This document shows, in pieces, positions 18,225-27,426 of a stretch of DNA of 64,000 bases. The stretch's first letter is position 1. Each line of letters begins with the position of its first letter. The notes under the pieces were generated by a model. That model searched no databases. It saw only the letters and a program-made list of their open reading frames with translations, and had not been told where the DNA came from. Source of the DNA: Candidatus Latescibacterota bacterium (GTDB lineage Bacteria > Latescibacterota > UBA2968 > GCA-2709665); NCBI GenBank assembly GCA_965222075.1, contig OZ244937.1, positions 2,880,001-2,944,000 of the forward strand, read 5' to 3'. The position numbers were made by a program, and so were the translations under genes.

Positions 18225-20210
18225 ATGAGCCAACCCGACGCAACGCTGCCCTCCTCCGCCCATCCCGCAGAGGAACGCCTTGAAACCAGGCTGCGGAAAA
18301 CAGCCCTGTTGTGGATTGCCCTGGCGCTGGTCTTTACCTGTATCGTCCCCACCTACTTAGAGTTCAAATCCCGGTCCGCGCACATGGCAATGTCCAACCT
18401 GCCGCTGGCCGTGCTGCTCCCCTTTGTCATCTGGCTGCTGGTCAACACCCTGCTCAAACGCCTCTTCCCCCGCTTCTCGCTCTCTACAGTCGAACTGCGC
18501 GTTATGCTCTGCGCGCTCTGGGTGGGCGCCTCTTTTGCCGGGTACAACTGGGTGACTCAGTGGGTAGGCTCTATGGCCGCGCCCCGCTACTTTGCCTCTC
18601 CCGAGAACCGGTGGAAGGAACTGATCTTCGACCACCTGCCCTGGTGGATGTACCCCTCGAACTTTCCCGGCGTGGTCGAGGGGTTCCACCTTGGCCTGGG
18701 CGAAGGAAAGGCCCTGCCCTGGGGCGCGTGGATCGGGCCGATCTTCTGGGCCGGATCTGCGGCGGTGGCCATGACGGCCATCGCCTTAGGGCTGACCGCC
18801 ATCTTCCAGAAACAGTGGGCCCAGCACGAGCGGCTCACCTTCCCCTTAGCGAAGGTCTCTTTAGAACTGACCGACGGGTTCGACCGTCGCCCGGGCTGGG
18901 CGCCCTTTGTGCGCAACCGGCTCTTCTGGGTTGGGTTCGCAATCGCGGCCATCCCCATCCTCTGGAACATCATCGAATACTGGGTGCCCGGGCTCCCCCG
19001 GCTGGCCATCTTCGACACCTTAGGCAGAAGGCGAACCCCACCGCCCCGCTACCTGCCCTGGGGCCTCTCCTACCGGCTGCTGCCCACGGTCATAGGGTTC
19101 ACCTTTCTGTGCGACCTGAACATCCTCTTCAGCCTCTGGTCCCTCCACTTAGCAGGGCAAATCGCCCTCTACTGGATGAACCGGGTCGGATTCTCGCTGG
19201 GGTTAACCGGGCAGGAGGCAAAACCGATGGAAATCGTGGGGATCTTCGGAGACGGGGTCATGATCGGGCTGGTGGTCTGGGCCGTCTGGGTGGCCAGGGG
19301 GCACCTGAAGCGGGTCGCCGAACAGATCCGCCGGCCCGTAGACCGCAGCGCCTCTGCAACCGCCATCCTGTCCGCTCGCGGGTCGGTCGCAGTGTTTCTT
19401 TCAGGCCTGCTCTACATGGTCTTCTGGCTGCACGCCTCTGGATATAGTCTGATCGTGGCAGCCGTCTGGCTGACGTTGTTCTGGGCCAGCCTCTTTGCAG
19501 CCATGAAATACTTAGCGGCCAGCGGATTCGCCTACCTGTGGCCGCACTGGTCCAGACAAATCCCGGAGATCTGGGCGGGGGCAAGCAGGATGTCGGACAC
19601 AACGCGGGTCGCAATCAGAGTCATTAGCTGGCGCGTGTTATCCGGCTGGCGCCTCCCCGTCGCACTCCCCCACGTGGTCAAACTGGTCGGACCCAAATCG
19701 CAGACCGGCTGGGTGATCCTGGGCAGCGTACTGGTCGGCGTGCTCTCGGCGACGCTCTACACCATCTGGCTCTGCTACATGGAAGGCGGAAGCTCCTTCC
19801 GGACCTGGTCCCTCGTTGGCGCACCCCGGGGTCTCTACAACGGTATGGCCACCGAAATCGCAAAAACAGACCTCTCCGTCACCGATTCCGCCAAGATCGC
19901 CGTCTGGATTCTGGGGGGACTCGCAGCCGCCCTCATCACCGCCCTGCAGGCCCGGTTTCCCTGGTGGCCCTTCCACCCCTTAGGTCTGTTGGTGATGTTC
20001 CAGTGGTACGTGAACATCTACTTCTTAGACATCTTCTTAGTCTGGCTCATTAAACTGGTCGTCCTCAAATTCGGCGGCATCGCTCTCTACCGCCGCGCCA
20101 GACCCGCCGCCTACGGCCTGATCGTCGGCTACGTCACTGCCGTGGGCTGCTCCTTCGTAGTCGACCTCATCTGGTTTCCCGGAGGGGGGCACTACGTCCA
20201 TGGGTATTAA
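18225..20210 (+). CDS. Polytopic membrane protein, DUF6785/DUF6784-like (putative transporter)
   Basis: Many hydrophobic segments; YFASPENRW, QWAQHERLTFPL, RFPWWPFHPLG, FGGIALYRR. Confidence 0.85.
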   Translation: MSQPDATLPSSAHPAEERLETRLRKTALLWIALALVFTCIVPTYLEFKSRSAHMAMSNLPLAVLLPFVIWLLVNTLLKRLFPRFSLSTVELRVMLCALWVGASFAGYNWVTQWVGSMAAPRYFASPENRWKELIFDHLPWWMYPSNFPGVVEGFHLGLGEGKALPWGAWIGPIFWAGSAAVAMTAIALGLTAIFQKQWAQHERLTFPLAKVSLELTDGFDRRPGWAPFVRNRLFWVGFAIAAIPILWNIIEYWVPGLPRLAIFDTLGRRRTPPPRYLPWGLSYRLLPTVIGFTFLCDLNILFSLWSLHLAGQIALYWMNRVGFSLGLTGQEAKPMEIVGIFGDGVMIGLVVWAVWVARGHLKRVAEQIRRPVDRSASATAILSARGSVAVFLSGLLYMVFWLHASGYSLIVAAVWLTLFWASLFAAMKYLAASGFAYLWPHWSRQIPEIWAGASRMSDTTRVAIRVISWRVLSGWRLPVALPHVVKLVGPKSQTGWVILGSVLVGVLSATLYTIWLCYMEGGSSFRTWSLVGAPRGLYNGMATEIAKTDLSVTDSAKIAVWILGGLAAALITALQARFPWWPFHPLGLLVMFQWYVNIYFLDIFLVWLIKLVVLKFGGIALYRRARPAAYGLIVGYVTAVGCSFVVDLIWFPGGGHYVHGY

Positions 20211-20213
20211 ACA

Positions 20214-20237
20214 GGGCGCACCGCAATGCGCCCCTAC
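20214..20237. repeat. GTAG-type REP-like palindrome
   Basis: GGGCGCA-ccgcaa-TGCGCCC-CTAC between convergent genes. Confidence 0.55.
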
Positions 20238-21256
20238 TGCCGCGTCCGGCCGATGCTTCCCCCCGTATAGACCACATCCACCAGGCGCCCTTCCCCATCC
20301 AGCTTTACCAGCAGCGAAAAATTCCGCCGCATCATAAATTCCGGGTTGTGGTCCACCGCTGCCTCCAGCGCCAGAGCGCCGAGCCAGCCCAGGCCGTCGG
20401 GCCGGATCATAAACCGCAGGTCCCGCACCAGCAATTCCTCCGCATCGCCTTCCGGAGCTTCAGTCACCACCGGAAACCGCGCAAACCACCGGTAGATTCG
20501 TCCGTCTCGCCGCGCCCACAGGTCCGACAGCCGGGGGTCTGAAAGCGCAGACGCATAGGTCTCCACCGCATCCCCGGCGCCTGCAAACAGGGAAACGGGC
20601 ACATCGTACCATTGTCCCTCGCTGAGCACGATCCCCCGCCTGTGCAGCGGCGAGAAGGGCAGCGGCACCGCTGCCGCCCTCTCCACCGCCAACCCTTTCT
20701 CCCCCGCCCACCGGTCCAGGTGCAGCAGAGACACACGGGTAACCGCTATGTTCAGCCCCATATACATCGCCAGTACGATTGCACCCAGGCGGTACCCCCT
20801 GGCGCGGTCGCGCAGCTTGCCCCACCCAAACAGCAGTCCCCCGATCAAAATCAAATCCAGATACGGATCGATAATAAACAGAACGTCGAAACAGGCCCGG
20901 TAATTCGAAAACGGCGTAAAAACCATAGTCCCGTAAGACGTCACCAGATCGAATAGAATATGCAGCAGCAGCCCGAAGAGGCTGACCGCATAAACCTTTT
21001 GGAAAGGCACGTTCCGAAGCCCCATCCGGCGCGCAACCCAGGCAACTGCGAACGCCCCCAGAGCTGCGCCCAGCAGGGAGTGCGTCACCCCCCGGTGTGT
21101 CTGGAGGCCCTCCAGCGCATCTGAAGACAGAAACACATCCACATCGGGCAGCATGCTGGTCACCGTAACCAGATTCACCAGCCCCCGTCCACCCGCATCG
21201 GGCCAGATCGACCGGGCCACCAGCCGCCCGATCAGACCGTGCGTCGGTGTATCCAA
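20234..21256 (-). CDS. Inner-membrane metal-dependent hydrolase (YdjM-like)
   Basis: MDTPTHGL, LPDVD, HRGVTHS, HILFDLVTSYGT, IIDP. Confidence 0.92.
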   Translation of the reverse strand: MDTPTHGLIGRLVARSIWPDAGGRGLVNLVTVTSMLPDVDVFLSSDALEGLQTHRGVTHSLLGAALGAFAVAWVARRMGLRNVPFQKVYAVSLFGLLLHILFDLVTSYGTMVFTPFSNYRACFDVLFIIDPYLDLILIGGLLFGWGKLRDRARGYRLGAIVLAMYMGLNIAVTRVSLLHLDRWAGEKGLAVERAAAVPLPFSPLHRRGIVLSEGQWYDVPVSLFAGAGDAVETYASALSDPRLSDLWARRDGRIYRWFARFPVVTEAPEGDAEELLVRDLRFMIRPDGLGWLGALALEAAVDHNPEFMMRRNFSLLVKLDGEGRLVDVVYTGGSIGRTRQ

Positions 21257-21290
21257 TGGATGCCTCCTGAATCAGCGAATCGAGGAATAT

Positions 21291-21320
21291 TCACCCCAGA
21301 GACCCGGAGAACGCGGAGAA
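21291..21320. repeat. 9-mer periodic intergenic repeat
   Basis: CACCCCAGAGACCCGGAGAACGCGGAGA; related copy at 58614-58650. Confidence 0.45.
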
Positions 21321-21379
21321 AAACCATTTGAATATACCCCGAAAAGTGCAACCGAATCAAGCCCCACCTGAAACACCGC

Positions 21380-21409
21380 TTGACAACCCGCGCTCCCCGG
21401 ATGTAACAT
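21380..21409 (+). promoter_or_regulatory. Putative promoter of MBL-Uma2-pepA
   Basis: TTGACA-18 nt-TAACAT. Confidence 0.5.
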
Positions 21410-21456
21410 ACCGGGGATACTGTGAAGGGCACGGCACGGTATTTTGGCAAATTAAA

Positions 21457-21491
21457 CTCAATTAATTACTTTTAAAAAGTAATTAATTGAG
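21457..21491. repeat. Perfect AT-rich 35-bp palindrome
   Basis: CTCAATTAATTACTTTT-A-AAAAGTAATTAATTGAG, 17-bp arms. Confidence 0.9.
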
Positions 21492-21610
21492 CCAAAACCA
21501 GAATTTTGGGTTTCTGATATCCGTGCCGGCGGCGTACAGAAATCGCCCGGTTGCGCTGGAAGCACAGGGCCTGATCGCGGTCGAAGCTCTCAATCAAAGG
21601 AGAATTTCCG

Positions 21611-22249
21611 TTGATCTTCAAATCTTTGGTCGTCGGCCAGTTCCAGGTCAACTGCTTCATCCTCGCATGCGAAAAAACCCGGCAGGGCATCGTCATCGAT
21701 CCCGGCGACGACGCCCTCGCCATCCTCGACCTCATCCGGGAAGATGACATTCGGGTCGTGGAGGTCGTGGCCACCCACGGGCACTTCGACCACATCGGCC
21801 GGGTCACCTCCATCGTCGAAAAGACCGGCGCCCCTTTTGCCGTCCACAAAGACGACCTCTCAAGGGTCGAATGCCTGTCCGACATCGCCGCCCTCTTCGG
21901 CCTGGAAGCCGATCCCCCACCCCGCGTCGACCGCTTCCTTGCCGAGGGCGACACCGTCCGATTTGGAGAGGAGACCCTTCGGGTGCTCCACGTCCCCGGC
22001 CACGCCCCCGGAAACATCGCCCTGGTCTGGCCCGGCCATGCGGTTGTGGGCGATTCCCTCTTTGCCGGCTCGATCGGGCGCACTGACTTAGAGGACGGAG
22101 ACCTGCGGCTCCTCTTGCAGTCCATCCGGGAAAAACTCCTCTCCCTGGACGACGAGACCCAGATCTACCCCGGACACGGCCCCTTCACGACCATCGGCGC
22201 AGAGCGGAGGGCGAATCCCTTTCTTGCGGGAGGAGCAACTCTATCGTAA
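21611..22249 (+). CDS. MBL-fold metallo-hydrolase (glyoxalase II-like)
   Basis: THGHFDH, PGHAPG, GDSLFAGSIGRTD, PGHG. Confidence 0.95.
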   Translation: MIFKSLVVGQFQVNCFILACEKTRQGIVIDPGDDALAILDLIREDDIRVVEVVATHGHFDHIGRVTSIVEKTGAPFAVHKDDLSRVECLSDIAALFGLEADPPPRVDRFLAEGDTVRFGEETLRVLHVPGHAPGNIALVWPGHAVVGDSLFAGSIGRTDLEDGDLRLLLQSIREKLLSLDDETQIYPGHGPFTTIGAERRANPFLAGGATLS

Positions 22250-22288
22250 ATTTTGGATACGCCCTAAAACTTAAGGAGGTGGATCAAT

Positions 22289-22876
22289 ATGGCCTCGCCC
22301 GCAACCCCCGCCGTCCGGAGGATGTCCCTGAGTGAGTTTCTGGCGCTTCCGGAGGACGGGCCCAAGTACGAACTCGAATACGGGGAACTGATCGAAGTGA
22401 CACGGCCGACGTTTGAACACAATGAGCTGCTGGGCATCCTGTTCAGCATCCTGCTGGCCCACATCCGGGCAAACCGCCTGGGTCGGATCAGTATGGACAT
22501 CGTCGTATTGCTGGACGAGGCGGCCGACCTGGCTTTTGCGCCGGACCTCATCTTCGTCTCGGCCGAACACCTCGATTGCATCCGGGGGGGACGCGTGTAC
22601 GGCCCGCCCGACCTGGTCGTGGAGATCCTTTCTCCCTCCACCGCCAGCCGAGACCACCTGACCAAGCTAAGCGCCTACTTTGAAGCCGGGGTGCCCTGGT
22701 ACTGGATCGTGGACCCGGATGTCCCCGGCATCGAAGAGTACCAGGCTACGCCCCACGGCTACCTCCGGACCACCACGGTGAAGGCCGGAGAGCCGTTTCA
22801 GCCCGGCATCTTCCCCAACTTAAAGATCGACCTGAAGGCCCTGACAGAAGGCCCGCAGGCGCAGCAATCTCAATGA
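22289..22876 (+). CDS. Uma2 family (PD-(D/E)XK) endonuclease-like protein
   Basis: YELEYGEL, APDL, PDLVVEILSPST, K...Y..AGVPWYWIVDP. Confidence 0.93.
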   Translation: MASPATPAVRRMSLSEFLALPEDGPKYELEYGELIEVTRPTFEHNELLGILFSILLAHIRANRLGRISMDIVVLLDEAADLAFAPDLIFVSAEHLDCIRGGRVYGPPDLVVEILSPSTASRDHLTKLSAYFEAGVPWYWIVDPDVPGIEEYQATPHGYLRTTTVKAGEPFQPGIFPNLKIDLKALTEGPQAQQSQ

Positions 22877-22892
22877 AGCAAGGAGGCCCGCC

Positions 22893-24395
22893 TTGGACAT
22901 CTCGGTCACCATCGGAAACATCCTGGAACAGCAGACGGACGGCATTGTCCTCAACCTCTTTGAGGGCGTCGATGCGCCGGGCGGCGCCACCGGCGCGGCC
23001 AACAAGGCCCTCAACGGCGGCATCGGGAGCCTCATTGCCGACGGAGATTTCACCGGAAAATTCAAACAGACCTCCGTCCTCTACCCCCAGAGGGGGATCG
23101 CCGCGAAACGGATCATCCTGGTTGGGTTGGGAAAACAGGAGGAATTCACACTCGACCACGTGCGGCAGGTCTCTGCCGTCGCCGCGCAGCAAGCGCGCAA
23201 ACTCGGCGCCAAAGGCCTGACTACCATCGTCCACGGAGGAGGCGCGGGCGGCCTGCACACCGCAGACGCGGCCCAGGCCGTCGTAGAAGGCACGGTTCTG
23301 GGCACCTACCGCTTCTCGCGCTACAAAACCGGCGACCCGGATGACGCTAACGAACTCGACCGATTGACCCTCGTCGAATTTGACGCCGCCAAACAGGCCG
23401 AGGTCGAACGCGGCGCCCTTATCGGCCGGATCGTCGCCGACGGCGCCTGCCTCGCCCGGGACCTGGTCAGCCACCCCGGAAACGAGATGCCCCCCACGGT
23501 ACTGGCCGAACGCGCCCGGGAAATGGCCGGTGGCGTGGGCCTTTCCTGTGAGGTCTTAGACGAAAACCGCATCGCCGAAGAGGGCATGCGAACCCTCCTG
23601 GCCGTGGCGCAGGGCAGCGCCCAGCCCCCCCGGTTCATCGTCTTAGAACACGACGGGGGCAAAACCGATGACCCGCCGGTCGTCCTCATCGGCAAAGGCA
23701 TCACCTTCGACACCGGCGGCATCTCCATCAAGGGTTCAGAAGGCATGTGGGACATGAAATTCGACATGGGCGGGGCCGCCGCGGTCATCGGCGCCATGCA
23801 GGCCACAGCACGGCTCAACCTGCCCGTGCGCACCGTGGGCCTGGTGGCCGCCTCGGAGAACATGCCCGGCAGTCGCGCCCTCAAACCCGGAGACATCATC
23901 CGCTCCATGCTCGGCAAAACAATCGAAATCCGCAGCACCGATGCCGAAGGCCGCCTGGTGCTCGCCGATGCGGTAACCTATGCGGCCCGCTACAAACCCG
24001 CCGCCGCAATCGACCTGGCCACCCTCACCGGCGCCTGCGTCATCGCCCTGGGGCACGAAGCCAGCGGGTTGATCTCCAACAACGACGGCCTGGCCGACGA
24101 GATCGCCAGGGCCGGAGGGCGCACCGGAGAAATCGCCTGGTGCCTTCCCATCCTCGAAGGCCACCGGGAACAGATCAAAAGCGACATCGCCGACATCAAA
24201 AACACCGGCGGAAGGCCCGCCGGCGCCATCACAGGGGCGGCCTTTATCGAGGCCTTCGTCCAGGACTTCCCCTGGGCCCACTTAGACATCGCCGGCACCG
24301 CCTGGACCGACAAAGACCGCCCCTACATCCCCAAAGGCGGAACCGGGTGGGGCGTCCGCCTCCTGGTCGACTTCCTGAGAAACCGGCCCGTGTAA
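22893..24395 (+). CDS. pepA: Leucyl aminopeptidase (M17)
   Basis: GKGITFDTGG, MKFDMGG, TDAEGRLVLAD, DLATLTGA, WAHLDIAG. Confidence 0.97.
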   Translation: MDISVTIGNILEQQTDGIVLNLFEGVDAPGGATGAANKALNGGIGSLIADGDFTGKFKQTSVLYPQRGIAAKRIILVGLGKQEEFTLDHVRQVSAVAAQQARKLGAKGLTTIVHGGGAGGLHTADAAQAVVEGTVLGTYRFSRYKTGDPDDANELDRLTLVEFDAAKQAEVERGALIGRIVADGACLARDLVSHPGNEMPPTVLAERAREMAGGVGLSCEVLDENRIAEEGMRTLLAVAQGSAQPPRFIVLEHDGGKTDDPPVVLIGKGITFDTGGISIKGSEGMWDMKFDMGGAAAVIGAMQATARLNLPVRTVGLVAASENMPGSRALKPGDIIRSMLGKTIEIRSTDAEGRLVLADAVTYAARYKPAAAIDLATLTGACVIALGHEASGLISNNDGLADEIARAGGRTGEIAWCLPILEGHREQIKSDIADIKNTGGRPAGAITGAAFIEAFVQDFPWAHLDIAGTAWTDKDRPYIPKGGTGWGVRLLVDFLRNRPV

Positions 24396-24438
24396 CCATC
24401 TGACCTGCTATCGCCTTAAAAGGGCGCTGCCGACCGGC

Positions 24439-24981
24439 TCACTCGCCAATTTGGAAATCCAGACCCACGATTACGGTGATCTCGTTTTTGGAACTGGCGG
24501 TGCCGAACTCGAGGTCGAACGGGTCTCTGGCTTCGTCGACCAACGACACGAACCACCGGGCCTGCGTAAAGATGCCGACCTGCTCGGTCACCCCAAAGGA
24601 GAACCCGCCTGCCGCCGTCATCATCAGGTCGTTGGACGAGTCCGACACATTCGGCTGGCCCAGCACCGACCCCCGGCGAAGCAGGAACCCTATCCCCGCC
24701 CCGAAGTAAATGTTCCCACCCTGCTCGCTTAAGGGGGCTTTGTACAACAGGGACACCCCGGTGGGCATCCCCTTTTCACCGTCCTTTTCATACAACTCGA
24801 AAAAGGGTGCCAGAGAAAGCGGATAGTCATCGCTGATCGGAATCTCAAACGAGACGTGGCCCCCCCACCGGCTCGGGTCCACGATCAGCCCCCCACCCGC
24901 TTTGATCCCCACCCCCCCAGCAAAAGCCGGAGCCGCTGCCAGAAACAAACATACAGGAACAACCCAGATGAGCTGTCTCAC
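24439..24981 (-). CDS. Small outer-membrane beta-barrel-like protein
   Basis: Signal LAAAPAFA; amphipathic strands (IYFGAGIG, IFTQARW, IVGLDFQI). GTG start inferred. Confidence 0.7.
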   Translation of the reverse strand: MRQLIWVVPVCLFLAAAPAFAGGVGIKAGGGLIVDPSRWGGHVSFEIPISDDYPLSLAPFFELYEKDGEKGMPTGVSLLYKAPLSEQGGNIYFGAGIGFLLRRGSVLGQPNVSDSSNDLMMTAAGGFSFGVTEQVGIFTQARWFVSLVDEARDPFDLEFGTASSKNEITVIVGLDFQIGE

Positions 24982-25100
24982 TTTACCCTCCTTACAGTTG
25001 TGAGGAAACGGCGTTCTTCCCATCCAGCAGACCCCGGCCCCCGCTGCCTATCCGAACTGCCCTATGATAACCAATTCCCATCCCTGTAACAACTGATTTG

Positions 25101-25129
25101 TTGATCGAAAGGGCCGGATACCTTATATT
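25101..25129 (+). promoter_or_regulatory. Putative promoter of epmA (near-leaderless)
   Basis: TTGATC-17 nt-TATATT, ending 10 nt before the ATG. Confidence 0.45.
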
Positions 25130-25139
25130 ATATACCGGT

Positions 25140-26429
25140 ATGCCCTCACCCCCCCCTTCCCCCCTCTACCCCGCCCGCTGCGCCCGCACCCACCGGATTG
25201 CAGACCTCCAGCCTGGAGCACGGGCCACGCTGGCAGGGCGGCTCATCCATCTTGTTGCGGGCAAACAGGGCCACCTCGCCGATGAGACCGGCGGTGTGGA
25301 CGTCTGTTTTGTTTCTCCCCCAAAGACGGCGCGCCCCGGAGACATCGTCGAACTCGACGGCGCCTGGACGCCCCCCATGTTCTCTGCCTCAGCCCTCCGG
25401 GTGCTGGCCCCCACCCTGCGCCACCCGCCCCCACCGCCTTCCCCCCAGGTCCGGGAAAACCTCCGGGTCCGAGCACGCGTCCTCTCCACCATCCGGCACA
25501 CCCTCAATGCCGCGGGCTTTTTAGAGGTCGAAACCCCCCTCCTCGTCCACTGCGCCAGCATGGAGCCCCACCTGACCGCCTTTGAAACGGCCTACACAGA
25601 GGGTGGAAAAACACGCCGGCTCTACCTGCCCACCTCCCCCGAATACGCCATGAAACGCCTCCTGGCCGCCGGATTCGAACGGATCTTCCAGATCAGCAAG
25701 GCCTTTCGGAACGGAGAGGTGGGCCCCATGCACAACCCCGAATTCACCATCCTGGAGTGGTACCGGGCCTACGCAGACTACGAGGCCATCATGGCCGATG
25801 CGGAAACCCTTATCCACCGGCTCGTCTGCGACATCACCGGAGGCCCCCTCCTCCACTACCAGAGTCGAACCGTCGACGTCACCCCTCCCTGGGAGCGCAT
25901 CGGCGTCCGGGAAGCCGTGTCCCGATATGCCGGTGTCGACCTCGACCCTCCAGAGGCGTTTATCCACAAAGCCCGTTCCCGGGGACACACCTCCATCCAT
26001 CCCGACGACCCCTACGACGTCGCCTTCTTCAAAGTCTTCCTGGATGCCGTAGAGGCCCACCTCGGCCGTACGCGGCCCACCTTCCTCGTCGACTACCCCG
26101 CGTCTATGGCGGCCCTGGCCAAGCGAAAACCCGACTGCCCCGACCTGGCCGAACGCTTTGAGATCTACATCGGAGGCGTGGAACTCGCCAACGCCTTCAC
26201 CGAACTCAACGACCCTCACGAACAGCGCGCCCGCCTGGAGGCCGAAGCCGCGGCCCGGCGTGCCGAACACAACCCGGTCTACCCCATAGACGAGCAATTT
26301 CTCGCCGCCTTAGAAGCGGGCATCCCCCCCGCCGGCGGCATCGCCCTGGGCGTAGACCGGCTCGTCATGCTCCTCACCGGCGCGGCAACCATACGCGAGG
26401 TCATCGCCTTTCCATTTCCGGAATTGTAG
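25140..26429 (+). CDS. epmA: EF-P lysine aminoacylase EpmA/GenX with N-terminal OB-fold-like extension
   Basis: FLEVETP, EPHL, YLPTSPEYAMKRLLAAG, FRNGE..HNPEFTILEWY, ELANAF.EL, GIALGVDRL. Confidence 0.9.
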   Translation: MPSPPPSPLYPARCARTHRIADLQPGARATLAGRLIHLVAGKQGHLADETGGVDVCFVSPPKTARPGDIVELDGAWTPPMFSASALRVLAPTLRHPPPPPSPQVRENLRVRARVLSTIRHTLNAAGFLEVETPLLVHCASMEPHLTAFETAYTEGGKTRRLYLPTSPEYAMKRLLAAGFERIFQISKAFRNGEVGPMHNPEFTILEWYRAYADYEAIMADAETLIHRLVCDITGGPLLHYQSRTVDVTPPWERIGVREAVSRYAGVDLDPPEAFIHKARSRGHTSIHPDDPYDVAFFKVFLDAVEAHLGRTRPTFLVDYPASMAALAKRKPDCPDLAERFEIYIGGVELANAFTELNDPHEQRARLEAEAAARRAEHNPVYPIDEQFLAALEAGIPPAGGIALGVDRLVMLLTGAATIREVIAFPFPEL

Positions 26430-26467
26430 GAGGCCGGACATTCAGACAGGCGTTTTTGTCATCCATC

Positions 26468-26495
26468 GTAGGGGCGAGGCATGCCGTGTCCCTAC
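26468..26495. repeat. GTAG-type REP-like palindrome
   Basis: GTAGGGGCGAGGCATGCCGTGTCCCTAC. Confidence 0.6.
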
Positions 26496-26520
26496 AGTCC
26501 TTTCACCAAAGGAGCACGCC

Positions 26521-27284
26521 ATGGGTTATCTCGACGGAAAAGTCGCCCTCATCACCGGCGGCGGCACAGGCATCGGTCGGGCAACCGCCCTCCTCTTCGC
26601 CGGGGAAGGCGCAGATGTCGCCGTCAACTACTCCCGTTCCCAAACCGAGGCCGAAACCACTGCCGATGCAATCCGCGCCCTCGGCCGCAGGGCCCTGGCC
26701 GTCTGTGCCGACGTATCCGACGACGCAGCCGTCCACCGCATGGTCGAACAGGTCGTCACGGAACTGGGCAGGCTCGACATCCTGGTCAACAACGCCGGCA
26801 CCACCCAATTCGTCCCCTTAGACGACCTCGAAGGCCTCAGCGACGAGGTCTGGGATGCCATCTTCGACGTCAACGTCAAAGGCACCTCGACGTCAACGTC
26901 AAAGGCACCTTCTGCTGCCGGGCGGCGGTTCCCAAAATAAAATCCACCGGAGGCGGGCACATCGTCAACATCGCATCCATCGCCGGCATCATCGGCCAGG
27001 GCAGTTCCATCGCCTACTGCGCCTCCAAATCCGTTGTCATCAACCTGACCCGCTCGCTGGCCGTCAGTCAGGCACCCGAGGTCTGCGTCAACGCCATCGC
27101 CCCCGGCGTGGTCGACACCCGCTGGGTCGCCGGGCAGGACGCATTCCTCCATACAAACCGCGAGGCAACCCCCCTCAAGCGGGTCGCCACGCCCGAGGAC
27201 ATAGCAAAAGCCGTCTTCGGCCTGGTCATCAACGACTTCATCACCGGACAGACCCTGGTGGTGGACGGCGGTAAGACCCTGTAA
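26521..27284 (+). pseudogene. SDR oxidoreductase frameshifted by a 23-bp tandem duplication
   Basis: TGGGTGIG and NNAG in one frame; YCASK and ITGQTLVVDGG in another. Exact duplication at 26864-26886 / 26887-26909. Confidence 0.88.
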
Positions 27285-27349
27285 TGGCGTCCTTCTCCGA
27301 AGCAGGCCCTGCCCGACCAGGTCTACGGTCGGTTCGATCCATACAACAC

Positions 27350-27380
27350 AAAGGCCGCCGCGTTATGCGTCGGCCTTTTA
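27350..27380. terminator. Bidirectional intrinsic terminator
   Basis: AAAGGCCGCCGC-gttat-GCGTCGGCCTTTT between convergent genes. Confidence 0.65.
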
Positions 27381-27426
27381 TATTCCCCTGCAAACCCGCG
27401 TCAGATCGTGGGGCTGAACAATCGCT

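Noticed and set aside
22289-22876. Uma2 gene as part of a defence island
   Set aside because: Solo gene between housekeeping genes; no methylase, toxin or other defence partner.
26521-27284. Programmed ribosomal frameshift in the SDR
   Set aside because: The shift is fully explained by the exact 23-bp duplication; no slippery site.
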